This document shows positions 38,812-50,006 of a stretch of DNA of 64,000 nucleotides, one piece after another. Every line of letters begins with the position of its first letter. Positions within the stretch are counted from its first letter, which is position 1. Where the stretch lies: contig CAXXVZ010000003.1 in the NCBI GenBank assembly GCA_963678065.2, positions 928,001-992,000 of the forward strand. Reading direction: 5' to 3'. Made by a program: the position numbers and the translations under genes. The notes beneath the pieces are model-generated. The model did not search any database. It had not been told where the DNA came from and was given only the letters and a program-made list of their open reading frames with translations. The stretch comes from Treponemataceae bacterium (GTDB lineage: Bacteria; Spirochaetota; Spirochaetia; Treponematales; Rectinemataceae).

Positions 38812-39294
38812 CTAAAGTGCCGAGTAAACCGTCTCGGCTTCCGGGCCCTTGACCACGATAACCGGACAGGACGCAGATCTCACTATATCGCGATTGGCCT
38901 CGATAAGGATATCCCTGTAACGGGAGTCTCCATTCCAGCCCCCCACGACAATACAGTCGGAACCGCTTTCCTCGGCCGCCTTGATGATCTCCCCGGAGAT
39001 GGACCCCTTGCGGAGCCAGGTCTCCACGCGCATGTGCTTGGCCGCCGCGATCTCTGAAACGAGTGCGAGGTAGCGCTTGCCGGTCTCTTCGAGGCTGTGC
39101 TCGTATTCCACGCTCTCATCCTCGACGAAAATTCTGGAAAGAGCGAGTTGCTTGATTGTGACTGTATCGACGACATAGACTGCAATGATCCGCGAGCCCA
39201 TATGCCGCTTGAGTGCGAGCGCGTACTTGACCGCGGCGATCGACACCTCGGATCCGTTCACCACGACGATCAGATTGGACAGAGGTCTTTTCAT
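38812..39294 (-). CDS. Universal stress protein
   Basis: LIVVVNGSEVS..A..YA, YVVD, GSISGEIIKAA..SDCIVVG, IVRSASCPVIVVK. Confidence 0.9.
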   Translation of the reverse strand: MKRPLSNLIVVVNGSEVSIAAVKYALALKRHMGSRIIAVYVVDTVTIKQLALSRIFVEDESVEYEHSLEETGKRYLALVSEIAAAKHMRVETWLRKGSISGEIIKAAEESGSDCIVVGGWNGDSRYRDILIEANRDIVRSASCPVIVVKGPEAETVYSAL

Positions 39295-39923
39295 GAACCT
39301 TCCCGTGCCGCCGATCGTGCCTTGAGCAGCTTGACGGCGAACAGCGCTTCCCTCTCCCGTTCCTCGAGAGAAGCCTCGATATAGACTTTTCGTGCCCTTG
39401 ATTCGGGAATGACCATCTTTTCGAGGGCGTTGACCCTTCGCTGGGTTTTTCGGACTTCCCGGGCAAGACGCCAGACCACGGATCGCAGGCCCGCCATCCG
39501 CGCGACCAGTCCGAGAAGTTCGGTAAATTCTATCACGGTTTCATCCGAGTCTGCAAACGAATTCACGAAAGAATTGCGGAGTACGGGCGGAGGTACCCGC
39601 GCCTCGAGGGAGGGCAGGTACATGCCGGCGACACAGACCGTCTTTTCCTCTATCGCGACATCGGCGCTGACGCCGGCGGCGAGTTCGGCCGCCCGGTCCC
39701 GGCCGACCGATAGCAGCATGCGCCGGAGCGTCGGATAGGCGCTCGCCGTCCGCCGCGCGATTTCGCGCTCCAGGATTTTGACGTCGTCGATCCTGCGCAT
39801 GAGTTCCATGACAAGGATCTCCCGCTTGCGCTCGAGGAGCTCGAATCCCTCCAGGGCCAGGGCGAGTTTCTCCTTTTCCCTGAGGAGGTTCGACTTCGTG
39901 GGGGCGATGTCGGGGATGGACAT
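39291..39923 (-). CDS. atpD: V/A-type ATP synthase subunit D
   Basis: PTKSNLL, GFELLERKRE, KTQRRVNALEK.VIP, LEERERE. Confidence 0.95.
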   Translation of the reverse strand: MSIPDIAPTKSNLLREKEKLALALEGFELLERKREILVMELMRRIDDVKILEREIARRTASAYPTLRRMLLSVGRDRAAELAAGVSADVAIEEKTVCVAGMYLPSLEARVPPPVLRNSFVNSFADSDETVIEFTELLGLVARMAGLRSVVWRLAREVRKTQRRVNALEKMVIPESRARKVYIEASLEEREREALFAVKLLKARSAAREGS

Positions 39924-39924
39924 C

Positions 39925-41397
39925 TCATGCCTCGCCGCTGGCTGCAGTCAGCGACGCTCCTCCGGAAGCGGCCGGAGGCATCCCGCCGGATGGCTCTCCG
40001 GGGAGGTAGCGCGCGACCATCTCGGCGGATATGCGCACGAGTTCCTCTTTCGGCAGCAGAGAGAGAGTCTTCCACCCGATCTCGAGAGTCCTCTCGATGC
40101 TGCGGTTCTCGTACTCGCCCTGATTCACGAAATCAGCCTCGAGCCGTTCGCCGAAGACGAGATAGGCCTTGTCGCGGGCGGAGAGCTCCTCCTCGCCGAT
40201 GATGGCCGCCAGGTTGCGGACATTCTTCACATAGGCGTAGGCGGCGAAGAGCTGGGCCGAAAGCTCGCGGTGATCCTCCCGCGTCATACCCTCGCCTATC
40301 CCGTCCTTCATGAGGCGGGATAGCGAGGGCAGTCCGGCGACGGGCGGATAGATTCCCCTTCCCGAGAGGTCGCGGTCGAGAACGATCTGCCCCTCGGTGA
40401 TGTAGCCGGTGAGGTCGGGTATGGGGTGGGAGATGTCGTCGTTCGGCATGGAGAGGATGGGTATCTGGGTGATGGAGCCCTCGAGACCCTGGATTTTCCC
40501 TGCCCTCTCGTAGAGGGAGGCGAGGTCGGAGTAAAGGTAGCCGGGGTAGCCCTTGCGCGAGGGAACCTCCCCGCGGGCGGCGGAGACCTCGCGCAGGGCC
40601 TCGCAGTAGTTCGTCATGTCGGTCATGACGACGAGGACATGCATGCCGAGGTCGAAGGCGAGGTATTCGGCTGCGGTCAGGGCTGAACGGGGCGTGACGA
40701 GTCTCTCGATGGAGGGGCTGTCGGCGAGGGAGAGGAACATGACGACGCGGGAGAGGACACCCGAGCGCTCGAAGGAGTCGACGAAGAACCTCGCGACATC
40801 GTACTTGATGCCCATGCCCGCGAAGACGATGGCGAATTTGGCCATGGCCTCGTCGTGATTGGTCTGACCGGGATCAGCCTGGCGAACCCTGGCCTGACGC
40901 ACGATCTGCGCGGCGAGACGGTTGTGGGGCAATCCGTTGCCGGAGAAGATGGGCAGTTTCTGTCCGCGGATGAGGGTGTTGAGGCCGTCGATAGAGGATA
41001 TCCCCGTCTGGATGAAATCTCTCGGGTATGCGCGCGCGGCCGGGTTTATCGGGCTGCCGTTGATGTCGCGCAGATCCGAGGAGAGGATCTCCGGGTAGCC
41101 GTCGGAAGGAAGGCCGAGGCCATCGAAGACCCGTCCGAGAATATCCGGCCCGACTCTGAGCTCGAGGGGACGGGCGAGGTATTCGACGGATGTTTTCTCG
41201 AGCGAGAGTCCCGTGTTGTCCGAAAAGAGCTGGATAGCCACTGCCCGGTCGGAAGTCTCCACGACCCTGCCCGATTTTATGCTGCCGTCGGGAGCGTGGA
41301 CGGCGACGAGTTCACCGTAACCGGCCGTCTCCGTTTTTTTCGCCACGACGATGGGGCCTTCGGCCCGCGCGAGTCCATGATGCTTGAGTCCGATCAT
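39925..41397 (-). CDS. atpB: V/A-type ATP synthase subunit B
   Basis: [61 protein letters not shown]. Confidence 0.97.
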   Translation of the reverse strand: MIGLKHHGLARAEGPIVVAKKTETAGYGELVAVHAPDGSIKSGRVVETSDRAVAIQLFSDNTGLSLEKTSVEYLARPLELRVGPDILGRVFDGLGLPSDGYPEILSSDLRDINGSPINPAARAYPRDFIQTGISSIDGLNTLIRGQKLPIFSGNGLPHNRLAAQIVRQARVRQADPGQTNHDEAMAKFAIVFAGMGIKYDVARFFVDSFERSGVLSRVVMFLSLADSPSIERLVTPRSALTAAEYLAFDLGMHVLVVMTDMTNYCEALREVSAARGEVPSRKGYPGYLYSDLASLYERAGKIQGLEGSITQIPILSMPNDDISHPIPDLTGYITEGQIVLDRDLSGRGIYPPVAGLPSLSRLMKDGIGEGMTREDHRELSAQLFAAYAYVKNVRNLAAIIGEEELSARDKAYLVFGERLEADFVNQGEYENRSIERTLEIGWKTLSLLPKEELVRISAEMVARYLPGEPSGGMPPAASGGASLTAASGEA

Positions 41398-43160
41398 CGG
41401 AGAGCCTCCGTCCGGTACTGGCGAGCGAGTTCGCCGAAATCGTTCTCGATTCCCGTAAGGACGGTCCGCAACTCTTCTTCCTTTCCATTCGGCACGCTGC
41501 TTTTCAGCCTCGAAATGCGTTCCCTGACAGGCATCGCGAGTATCCTCGGAAGAGGGGTGCCCGCCTTGAGCGCTTCCTCGGCCCTGCGGTGGAACTCGAG
41601 GACGCAGCGGAGGAGGAGGACCTGCCTGGCGGGGGCGCAGAACATGTCCACCGGATCGAAGGAACTCTGCTGCAGGAAACCGTTTTTCAGCATCTCGGCA
41701 GTGATGAGGATGAGCCTCTGTCCGTCCGGCAGGGCATCGGGGCCGATGAGGCGCACGATGTCCGAGAGCTTGCGCTCGCGTTTCAAGAGATCGAGGGCCC
41801 TGTCTCTCGTCTCCCTCCAGGCGGGATCGACGCCGTCCCAGTAGTCCGCGAGATCATCGGCGTATTCCGAATACGAATCGTTCCAGGAAACGGCGGGATA
41901 GTGCCGCGCGTTGGCCAGCTCGCGGTCCAGAGCCCAGAAACAGCGGATGAATCGCTTCGTGTGCTGGGTGACGGGCTCGGAGAAATCTCCGCCGGGAGGG
42001 GAGACGGCCCCGATGATCGACACGGAACCCGATTCGCCTCCCAGAGTCCTGACCCGCCCTCCCCGCTCGTAGAACTCGGCCAGCCGCGTCGGGAGGTAGG
42101 CCGGGAAGCCCTCTTCCGCGGGCATTTCTTCGAGGCGCCCCGAGAGCTCACGGAGGGCTTCCGCCCAGCGCGAGGTCGAATCGGCCATGACGGCTACGTC
42201 GTAGCCCATGTCGCGGTAGTACTCCGCGACAGTGATGCCCGTGTAGATGGAAACCTCGCGCGCTGCCACGGGCATGTTGGAGGTGTTGGCGATGAGGACT
42301 GTTCTCTCCATGAGAGACCTGCCTGTGCGCGGGTCGACGAGGCGGGGAAACTCGGTGAGGACGTCGGTCATCTCGTTGCCGCGCTCGCCGCAGCCGACAT
42401 AGACGATGATGTCCGCGTCGCACCATTTGGCTATGGCGTGCTGGGTCATGGTCTTTCCTGTCCCGAAACCGCCCGGCACGGCGGCGCATCCTCCCTTGGC
42501 CATGGGGAAGAGGACGTCGACGACCCTGAGGCCGGTGACAAGGGGGATGGTAGACGGAAGACGGCCGAGATTGGGCCTTGGATGCCGGACGGGCCAGTCG
42601 TGGGCCAGGAAGACATCCGTTCCTCCCGCTGTCCGGGCCACAGGATCGTCGATCCGGTAGTCCCCTTCGGGCGCAACCCAGGAAAAGATCGATTCTGCGA
42701 TGTCCGGCGGGGTCATGACGCGGTGCTGTACGGAAGCTGTCTCCTGCACCGTTCCGACGAGGACACCGCGCCGGGCTGCATCCCCTTCCTTGACGGAAGG
42801 CAGGAATCTCCACTTCTTCGCGGTATCGAGGGGCGAGCCCTTGGCCCCGGGGGGAAGAAGGGGGCCGAACCTGTCCTTGAGCCCCGAAAGCGGCCTCTGG
42901 GTGCCGTCGTAGATCGAACCGAGCAGTCCCGGACCAAGCTTCACCGAGAGAGGGCGTCCCTTGCAGAGGACGGGTTCTCCCGGCTTCATCATGGTGTTCT
43001 CTTCGTAGATCTGGATAGTCGCGCCGGCTCCATCGAGCCTGATGATCTCTCCTACAAGGCCCGCCTCGCCCACTTCGACGACATCGTAGAGCCCCGCGCC
43101 CGCGAGGCCTTCGGCGCCGACAACCGGGCCGGCCACCCGCACGAGTCTGCCCCGGATCAC
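41394..43160 (-). CDS. atpA: V/A-type ATP synthase subunit A
   Basis: [52 protein letters not shown]. Start at GTG 43160 (GTGA overlap with subunit E). Confidence 0.97.
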   Translation of the reverse strand: MIRGRLVRVAGPVVGAEGLAGAGLYDVVEVGEAGLVGEIIRLDGAGATIQIYEENTMMKPGEPVLCKGRPLSVKLGPGLLGSIYDGTQRPLSGLKDRFGPLLPPGAKGSPLDTAKKWRFLPSVKEGDAARRGVLVGTVQETASVQHRVMTPPDIAESIFSWVAPEGDYRIDDPVARTAGGTDVFLAHDWPVRHPRPNLGRLPSTIPLVTGLRVVDVLFPMAKGGCAAVPGGFGTGKTMTQHAIAKWCDADIIVYVGCGERGNEMTDVLTEFPRLVDPRTGRSLMERTVLIANTSNMPVAAREVSIYTGITVAEYYRDMGYDVAVMADSTSRWAEALRELSGRLEEMPAEEGFPAYLPTRLAEFYERGGRVRTLGGESGSVSIIGAVSPPGGDFSEPVTQHTKRFIRCFWALDRELANARHYPAVSWNDSYSEYADDLADYWDGVDPAWRETRDRALDLLKRERKLSDIVRLIGPDALPDGQRLILITAEMLKNGFLQQSSFDPVDMFCAPARQVLLLRCVLEFHRRAEEALKAGTPLPRILAMPVRERISRLKSSVPNGKEEELRTVLTGIENDFGELARQYRTEALR

Positions 43161-43756
43161 GATTGCGCCAGCCTTGGGGCGAGCGCGCGGATAAGTTCTC
43201 CGCGCTTCTTCCGGAGGATGAGGTCGGCCGCAACATCGAGGGTAGCGTCCAGCTCCGCCCCTTTCCCGGAAACGATGATTCCCGTGGCCGACAAAGTATT
43301 GTCTTCCCTGATCACGACTTCTCCAGCGGCTCCAATCTGTCCTGCGAGCCTTTCGGCGCAGGAGGCACCGATTCCCCGGTACCGTATCTCGACGGAACCA
43401 TCGGCAAGGAAGGCCTTCGCGCCTTCCAGCCGTTTTACGACGAAGGATTCGATCCTGGATTCCGGCAGGGAGGCTAGCCACCTGCCCAGGGCCTCCCGGA
43501 TGAGGGCGTCGGAGTGGGCTGTCTTCATCCTGAGTTTTTCCAAGGGAATTCGCGCAAAGACCTCGCCCCTGTAGCGCGCCGTGGCGAGCCTCGCGGCTTC
43601 GTCGATGGCGCCCAGGGCGGCAGCGGTCTTAACCGCCGACTCTGCCTGTATACGCGCCGACTCGGCATCCGCATTGGAGAGCAGACGCGCCGCCTTCTTG
43701 CGCGCATCGTCCATGATCTCACGCTCGAGCGTGAGCGTACCGGCTATTTCTTCCAT
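43157..43756 (-). CDS. atpE: V/A-type ATP synthase subunit E
   Basis: N-terminal coiled coil [18 protein letters not shown]...LDATL. Operon position. Confidence 0.8.
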   Translation of the reverse strand: MEEIAGTLTLEREIMDDARKKAARLLSNADAESARIQAESAVKTAAALGAIDEAARLATARYRGEVFARIPLEKLRMKTAHSDALIREALGRWLASLPESRIESFVVKRLEGAKAFLADGSVEIRYRGIGASCAERLAGQIGAAGEVVIREDNTLSATGIIVSGKGAELDATLDVAADLILRKKRGELIRALAPRLAQS

Positions 43757-43783
43757 ATTTCAACCTTGGGCGGGACAGACCGT

Positions 43784-44125
43784 TCAGACACTGATACCGA
43801 CCGCCTCGCGGATTGCATCGACAAGACCCTTCCTGTCCGGATTCGATTCGAGAAGACCGGGTATTTCCACGATGAGGGGAAAGCCCCCGGAGAGCTGCCA
43901 TTCCCTGGCCTCGTCCGCGATCATGTCGGAGGTTTCGTTGGAGAGCACGAGAATCCTCGCCTCCCTGCCGACATTGTCGGGGAGACCGGGCAGGTGAGTC
44001 CCCTGCGTGATGGCCCGGAAGGCGGCGAGTGCCTCCTCTCTCCCCGAGACAGCCCGTCCTTCGGCCCCGGCGAGCCGGAACGCGAGCACGAGCTCTTCCT
44101 CGGCGATGACGAAAATTCCAGTCAC
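43784..44125 (-). CDS. atpF: V/A-type ATP synthase subunit F
   Basis: AFRLAGAEG, PLIVEIP, IREAVGI. Confidence 0.88.
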   Translation of the reverse strand: MTGIFVIAEEELVLAFRLAGAEGRAVSGREEALAAFRAITQGTHLPGLPDNVGREARILVLSNETSDMIADEAREWQLSGGFPLIVEIPGLLESNPDRKGLVDAIREAVGISV

Positions 44126-44135
44126 GGCTTCACGG

Positions 44136-44462
44136 CTAGAGCAGGAGTATCAGAAGGGCGACGAGGAAGCCCCAGAGGCAGATTCCTTCCGCGAGTCCGA
44201 CGTAGGGGAGGGCCTTCCCGGAGAGCTCGGAATTTTCGGCCATGGCGCCCATCGCGGCTGATCCAATCTTCGCGACGGCGAGGCCACCCGCGATGCAGGC
44301 CGTGCCGACAGCAACCGCCGCGGCTATGTAGCGCCAGGGTGAGGATACAGTGGCAGGCTGGGCGGCGACCTGGGTGGCCGCCTGTCCCGCGGCGGTCTGG
44401 GCGGAAGCGATCCCGACCGCCGCGAACCCGGCCAAAGCAGCGAAGCTATAGCGTTTTTTCAT
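44136..44462 (-). CDS. atpK: V/A-type ATP synthase subunit K/c (single hairpin with leader)
   Basis: GSAAMGAMAEN, GLAEGICLWG with the conserved Glu. Confidence 0.92.
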   Translation of the reverse strand: MKKRYSFAALAGFAAVGIASAQTAAGQAATQVAAQPATVSSPWRYIAAAVAVGTACIAGGLAVAKIGSAAMGAMAENSELSGKALPYVGLAEGICLWGFLVALLILLL

Positions 44463-46552
44463 GTTCCACTCCTTGTTTTCCCGAACCCGAAGGGCAGAAA
44501 TTCCTTGCCCGTATCGGTGAAGAATTTCGAGAAGAATTCATAGTATTGCAGTCGCACGACCTGGATCGTGACGATGAGTCCCTCGAGAACGATGATGACG
44601 GCGTTGCCGATGATGAAGACAAGCACTTCCCACAGGATGCCCGCAGGCGCCCTGGTCCTGAGGAGCTCCCCCATCGTGAAGACGACGAAAGAAAGCACGG
44701 CGTGGGAGAGGGCGAAGGCGCCGACACGCAAAAAACTCATGGTGTTCGAAAGATAATACGAGAAGGTCTCTATCAGTTCGACCAATCCTTGGACCGCGTG
44801 TCCGATGAGTCCGTCATCGTCCTTCTCCCGTTTGTGCCCTCGATGCATGCTCTCGATGACTTTCTCAAGGCTCGAGGAGAAAAAGAGGGCGAGCGCGGGA
44901 AGGCCCAGGCCGGGTATGTCGATCCAGGAGACGGAACCTCCCGCCGCCACACGTATCCCCAGGACGGCGGCCCACCAGAAAAAGAGGGCGCCCGAGAGCC
45001 CGGTCTTGCCGCAGAGAGCCTCTTCGGGTTTTCCGAGCTTGAATTTGTTGACCATGTTGACGATGAGCCCCACCGAATTGATGGCGAAGCCGATGAGAAG
45101 GGTGAAGCCGAAGAACATGAAGAGCTTGCCCATCCCGCCCTCGGGCATGATCTGGACGAGCCTGTCCACGGGCTTGCCCGTCAGGCCTCCCGTGATGAGG
45201 CGGTTCAGCGGAACAAGAAGTTGTTCGTTGGCGAAGATGGAGCCGTCGAGGAGTCCCATGATCATGGATCCCGTACCGGTGGCCATGAAGATGGGAGCAA
45301 ATGTCGCATACTTGGCCAGACCCGGCTTTTTCGTCCTGCCCAGATAGAGTCCGGTCAGGAAAATGACGGCTCCCTGGCCGATATCTCCGAACATCACGGA
45401 AAAGAGCAGGACGAAAAAGAAGGACACGATGGGCGTGGGATCGATAGTCCCGTATAAAGGGGCTCCATAGGACAGCACGAGCCTCTCGAAGCTTCCGACA
45501 TATTTTCCGTGTCTGAGAAGGACGGGAACCGATTCCTTGCCCGAACGGACAGACTCGAGCTCCTCGGGCACGAAGGATCTGACAGCGATACGTCCCTCGG
45601 TGACGGCCGCGAGGCTGGCCACGAGTTCCTTCACTCTGTCCCGGGGGACCCATCCATAGAGGCGATACGCGAAGTCGAGGGATTCGATCCCTGTTTTCGT
45701 CTTCTGGATGATCGTCTTTACGGTGAAGGCCGAGTGGAGAATCGTCCAGGCAGGCCGTATCTCCGCGGCGAGGCCGGCGAGCGCGGCTTCGAGCTCTTTT
45801 CTGCGCTTCTCGCGGCCTTCGATCTCCTTATCGAGGGCGACAGGCAGTTCCGCCGGTATGCCGGCGAAGTCCGCGGGAAATTCCTTGGCCCTGAAACCGG
45901 CGCGCTCGAGATCGGTGTCGAGGGCAAACCGTCCCTTGCGCGAGGAGGCCGCGATAATCTGGCCGGCATCGTCCAGAGGCAGGATGAAGCCGCGGTCGCC
46001 GAGGGTCTCTCCGAGTTTTTCCGTCTCGTCGGGGTCGACCCGGCCGATGCGGACCGAGAGGAAGGAGAGCCGGTCCAAGTCGGCGAAAGGGAGATTGAGT
46101 CCCGAAAAAGCCCTCGCCTCGTCGAGCGCGCCCCGCAACTCCGCGATTCTGCCCTTCGTCCTTGCGATTTCGGAGACGAGGGCCTCCGTCCGCGCGTCGA
46201 ATTCGCGCACGAGAGCCTCTTCCTGTTCTCCCGGCAGCTTTACGCCCCGGGCAACTTTCAGAGGCACTTCGAAGCCCAGAGCCTTTCCCGTGCGCTCGAG
46301 CGCCTGGAGGAATTCCAGACCGTCGCTCTTCCCCTCTTCATCGTTGCCGGACGAGGCTGACAGGTTATCGGCCCCTGCAACCTCAGGAGAAGCTCCGGCT
46401 TTTCCGGTGGAAACGGGAGCAGTCCGCTCTTCGCTGTCCGCGTCTGGGGGGGCAATCTGGAAAACTGCCGATTCACCGAGTCGGGCAAGCACGGAATCCA
46501 TGTCCCTGTTGAGGACGATCAGCTCGAGCTTCCGCATGGCGACCGGCATCAT
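44459..46552 (-). CDS. atpI: V/A-type ATP synthase subunit I/a
   Basis: IDPTP, MFGDIGQG, SNTMSFLRVGAFALSH, RLQYYEFFSKF. Confidence 0.95.
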   Translation of the reverse strand: MMPVAMRKLELIVLNRDMDSVLARLGESAVFQIAPPDADSEERTAPVSTGKAGASPEVAGADNLSASSGNDEEGKSDGLEFLQALERTGKALGFEVPLKVARGVKLPGEQEEALVREFDARTEALVSEIARTKGRIAELRGALDEARAFSGLNLPFADLDRLSFLSVRIGRVDPDETEKLGETLGDRGFILPLDDAGQIIAASSRKGRFALDTDLERAGFRAKEFPADFAGIPAELPVALDKEIEGREKRRKELEAALAGLAAEIRPAWTILHSAFTVKTIIQKTKTGIESLDFAYRLYGWVPRDRVKELVASLAAVTEGRIAVRSFVPEELESVRSGKESVPVLLRHGKYVGSFERLVLSYGAPLYGTIDPTPIVSFFFVLLFSVMFGDIGQGAVIFLTGLYLGRTKKPGLAKYATFAPIFMATGTGSMIMGLLDGSIFANEQLLVPLNRLITGGLTGKPVDRLVQIMPEGGMGKLFMFFGFTLLIGFAINSVGLIVNMVNKFKLGKPEEALCGKTGLSGALFFWWAAVLGIRVAAGGSVSWIDIPGLGLPALALFFSSSLEKVIESMHRGHKREKDDDGLIGHAVQGLVELIETFSYYLSNTMSFLRVGAFALSHAVLSFVVFTMGELLRTRAPAGILWEVLVFIIGNAVIIVLEGLIVTIQVVRLQYYEFFSKFFTDTGKEFLPFGFGKTRSGT

Positions 46553-47556
46553 GCTGCACCTCCTGTGACCGAGTAGGCGTAGGCTTCGGTTTCCGCTGGC
46601 GGCGAAGCGATGGCTACTCCCTCGAACAGCCCGGAAACGAGGGCCGTTTCGAATTCTTTGAGCTTGAAGTGACAGTACAGGGGTGTATAGGTCGAGGGAA
46701 AGCGGTGAAGCGCTTTCCGGACAGACTGGAACACGATACGCCGCGCGGCAGTCTCGGCCCCGCGCACGTCCAGTCTCCACTCCGCCCCGAAGTCCTCTGT
46801 TCCCAGAAGTTTCTCCCACTTCCATTTGCTCCAGTCCTGGCGCCTGTCCATGGCGAAGCTGAGGCTCGCGGCCGCGGGGGAGAGGATATCCGCGCGGGGG
46901 AAGGATATGAGCCGCTCACGGATCGCGTCTTCTCCATAACCGAAATAGCGACGCAACCGCATCGCCCAGATCACGTTCTGAAGCTCCGCTTCAAGCCGCA
47001 CGAGGCGCGGAATATCGCCGGCCTTGCCGGCTGGTATGGCGTTCACGGCTTTCCAGAGTTCGATGTAATACTGCTTGTCCAGTCTGTTCTCGAGCGCGGA
47101 CTGATCGGCAATGGACTTCGCATCGATCCAGGCATATCGGCCTTCGGAGAACATGCGCCCGGGGTCCGGATAGGCGGCGAGCTTGAAATCGGGGACGAGG
47201 CCGGGATCGGGGCTGGGTGGGCATTCCGAGAGTCTGGTACGGATGGCGGCGGCAATGGTCTTCACCCAGGCGTACTCAACCTTACGGCCGAGGGCGTCCA
47301 CAAAGCGATCGCCGGAAGGAAGACAGGATGCAAGTTTCCTGAAACCCGCGAGCGCGTCACCTGTGAATTGCCGTTCTGCCATGCGGACCAGGCGGGGGCC
47401 GGGAAGCTCTGGGGGACTTGTTCCGAATACCGCGCGCCAGAGATCGCCAATTCCCCGGAATGCCGAAAGATCGGCGCCTCGTTTGCCGAGAAAAGCCTTG
47501 GAAAATGACCCGCACACCCGAGAATACAGGTAGGCGAGCTCGTAGCTGTCCGCCAT
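46549..47556 (-). CDS. atpC: V/A-type ATP synthase subunit C/d
   Basis: YLYSRV, LENRLDKQYY, ELQNVIWAMRLRRY, FKLKEFE. Operon position. Confidence 0.78.
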   Translation of the reverse strand: MADSYELAYLYSRVCGSFSKAFLGKRGADLSAFRGIGDLWRAVFGTSPPELPGPRLVRMAERQFTGDALAGFRKLASCLPSGDRFVDALGRKVEYAWVKTIAAAIRTRLSECPPSPDPGLVPDFKLAAYPDPGRMFSEGRYAWIDAKSIADQSALENRLDKQYYIELWKAVNAIPAGKAGDIPRLVRLEAELQNVIWAMRLRRYFGYGEDAIRERLISFPRADILSPAAASLSFAMDRRQDWSKWKWEKLLGTEDFGAEWRLDVRGAETAARRIVFQSVRKALHRFPSTYTPLYCHFKLKEFETALVSGLFEGVAIASPPAETEAYAYSVTGGAA

Positions 47557-47558
47557 GA

Positions 47559-47867
47559 TCAGATTATACCGTCGAGAGATTCCTCGCACCAGGCGGCCAG
47601 CTTGTCATAGAATGTCGGTACATCGTCGAGAGATGCGCGATAGGCCTCGATTTCCGCGCTGCAACCGGCATCTGCCTCTGATCTCTTCTTCTGCGCATCT
47701 GCATCCGCAGCGGCGGCCTTTGCGGAGCGGGCCTCGGCGAATCGGGCATCCACATCGGATTTGACCGCAGCAATCCGCCGCGAGGCCTCTGCGCGGGCGT
47801 CCTCAAGGAGAGACTTGGCTTCGTTTTCTGCTTCGAAGAGTTTATCCAGATATTCCCGAGACGGCAT
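47559..47867 (-). CDS. V/A-type ATP synthase peripheral stalk subunit G/H
   Basis: LFEAENEAKSLLEDARAEA coiled coil. First gene of the ATPase block. Confidence 0.72.
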   Translation of the reverse strand: MPSREYLDKLFEAENEAKSLLEDARAEASRRIAAVKSDVDARFAEARSAKAAAADADAQKKRSEADAGCSAEIEAYRASLDDVPTFYDKLAAWCEESLDGII

Positions 47868-47903
47868 GGTCGGCACCTCTCGTGGCATCGCTGGCGGAAT
47901 CCG

Positions 47904-48407
47904 TCACTCTGTCACTGTTTTAAAAGATGTTTGTGTTTCGCGGCTCATCATGTCTTCAAAATTCTTGATGATGGCAAAAACCTGCTCGGGAGTCGCGGCC
48001 CGGGCGAGGCCCACATAGAACTCGGAATCATCGAGAAGCCGCGCGAGGCTCTTGAGGGCCTGCAGATGGAGCTCCGATTCCCGGGTCGACGAGACGATCA
48101 TGAACACGAGGTGGACAGGCTCGCCGTCGAGGGAGGAGTAATCTATGCCCTTCTTCGAGATCCCGAGAGCGCCCGATATGCCGGGCAGCTTGGCGACCTT
48201 TCCGTGGGGAATCGCGATGCCTTTCTTTATGCCCGTCGACATCTTGGCTTCCCGCTCCCGTATGGCGGACAGAACTTCGGCCCGCGGGTAGCTCTTTCCG
48301 CCATCACGGGCTAAAAGATCGACAAGCTCTTCGAAGACCTCTTCCTTGTCTTCACTTTCAAGGTCGACCTTTATTCTGGCGGACGAAAAAATCTGTTGGA
48401 GCAGCAT
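47904..48407 (-). CDS. PTS EIIA (PtsN/fructose-type) domain protein
   Basis: RE..MSTGIKKGIAIPHGK, SLDGEPVHLVF, HLQAL..LARLL. Confidence 0.9.
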   Translation of the reverse strand: MLLQQIFSSARIKVDLESEDKEEVFEELVDLLARDGGKSYPRAEVLSAIREREAKMSTGIKKGIAIPHGKVAKLPGISGALGISKKGIDYSSLDGEPVHLVFMIVSSTRESELHLQALKSLARLLDDSEFYVGLARAATPEQVFAIIKNFEDMMSRETQTSFKTVTE

Positions 48408-48510
48408 TCTGGATTCCTCCGGTTCATTTCCGGCATGGTCCTCAATGAAGGCGATCCCGGAAGAGTGACTCCTCCCGGGATCGTTCAGGTCATCCTTAAA
48501 AGAGCCCCTG

Positions 48511-48939
48511 TTATTTCTTGGCGGGGACCGTAGTCGTGGTGGCTGCGGGCGCCGGCTGGACAGTGGTATTCGTTGTGCCGGCAGCGGGAGCGGTGGGTTG
48601 AGCCCCATTCTGGGCGGGAGTCGCGGGCGCGGCGCCCTGACCCTTCCACCATTCCGAGGAAGTCTGTGCCTGCTCGGGCTTGACGGCCGCCTCGACATTG
48701 CCGATCGAGGATTTGTTGATAATCGCGAGGGTGAAGGCAGTCACGAAGAACAGGGCTCCGAGCACGTAGGTGATCTTGATGACCACATTGGATGAGCGCG
48801 AACCGAAAGCGCTTCCGGAGCCGCCGGCGAAAATGCCGCCGAGGGAATCGGAATCCTCGTCCTGGATGACGACGAGGAAAATGAGAAGAAGGCTGACGAT
48901 CACAAAAATTACCAGGAGGAGGATACCAAGAATGCCCAT
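48511..48939 (-). CDS. secG: Preprotein translocase subunit SecG
   Basis: TM-VIQD..SLGGIFAGGS.SAFGSR-TM. Downstream of tpiA. Confidence 0.93.
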   Translation of the reverse strand: MGILGILLLVIFVIVSLLLIFLVVIQDEDSDSLGGIFAGGSGSAFGSRSSNVVIKITYVLGALFFVTAFTLAIINKSSIGNVEAAVKPEQAQTSSEWWKGQGAAPATPAQNGAQPTAPAAGTTNTTVQPAPAATTTTVPAKK

Positions 48940-49084
48940 ACTTTGAACTCCGATCTTACGGTAACGGATGTGTCACCTTGCCGGCGACCGACCGTGGCAA
49001 AACATACTACCCAAAATCTTCCTTACGATGCAAGCCCCGGATAGTGGCCGGAAGAATCTTCCGACCCTTGTCCTGAGGCTTCTT

Positions 49085-49834
49085 TCAGCGGAAAGCGGCG
49101 ATCGGAACGAATGTTTCAGCCTTGAGGCTCGCTCCGCCGACGAGGGCGCCATCGATGTTGGGCTTGGACATGAGGGCCACGACGTTGTCCGGCTTCACGG
49201 AGCCGCCGTACTGGATGCAGGCGGCCTTGGCAGCGGCCTCGCCGTAGAGTCCCGCGAGCACGGAGCGGCAGAACGCGTGGACGGAATCGGCGTCTTCGGG
49301 AGTGGCCGTCTTGCCGGTCCCGATGGCCCAGACGGGCTCGTATGCGATGACGACCTTCGCGAAGTCGGAGGCGGACACTCCGGCGAGGCCGCCGCGCAGC
49401 TGTGCGCCCACGACCTCCTCGAGCCTGCCCGCCTCGCGCTCCTCGAGGGTTTCACCCACGCAGAGGACGACCTCGAGCCCGTGCTTCAGCGCGAGCTTCA
49501 CCTTCCTGTTGATGAGGGTATCGGATTCACCGTAGCTGTGACGGCGCTCGGAGTGGCCGAGAATGACGGAGGAGACCCCGGCATCTTTCAGCATGAGGAC
49601 CGACACTTCGCCCGTGTGGGCGCCCGACTCCTCGGGACCCATGTTCTGGGCTCCGAGCAGGATATTCGAACCCTTGAGCACTTCAGCCACGGAGGCGAGC
49701 GCGGTGAAGGGAGGAGCGACCATGACCCTGTCGGGGCATCCCGCGAGCTTGACCTTGAGCTCGGCGGCGAGGGCGACGGCCTCCGCCACGGTCTTGTGCA
49801 TCTTCCAGTTTCCGGCGACGTAATAGGAGCGCAT
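49085..49834 (-). CDS. tpiA: Triosephosphate isomerase
   Basis: [44 protein letters not shown]. Confidence 0.98.
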   Translation of the reverse strand: MRSYYVAGNWKMHKTVAEAVALAAELKVKLAGCPDRVMVAPPFTALASVAEVLKGSNILLGAQNMGPEESGAHTGEVSVLMLKDAGVSSVILGHSERRHSYGESDTLINRKVKLALKHGLEVVLCVGETLEEREAGRLEEVVGAQLRGGLAGVSASDFAKVVIAYEPVWAIGTGKTATPEDADSVHAFCRSVLAGLYGEAAAKAACIQYGGSVKPDNVVALMSKPNIDGALVGGASLKAETFVPIAAFR

Positions 49835-49898
49835 AGCTTACCGCCTTGGGCACGGCGGCATTTCGCGTCCCGCCATGTCTGAATGTTTAGTAGGCTGA

Positions 49899-49928
49899 AT
49901 GATACCGAAAAGGGCGCGGGACTGTAAA
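49899..49928 (-). promoter_or_regulatory. Possible promoter for tpiA-secG
   Basis: TTTACA-N18-TATCAT. Confidence 0.5.
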
Positions 49929-50006
49929 GGTGCGCAGCTATGACCGAACCTTCCGCCGCTTGTTCCGCCGTCCAGACACAGCACTTCACGCTGCGGATCT
50001 CGAGGA

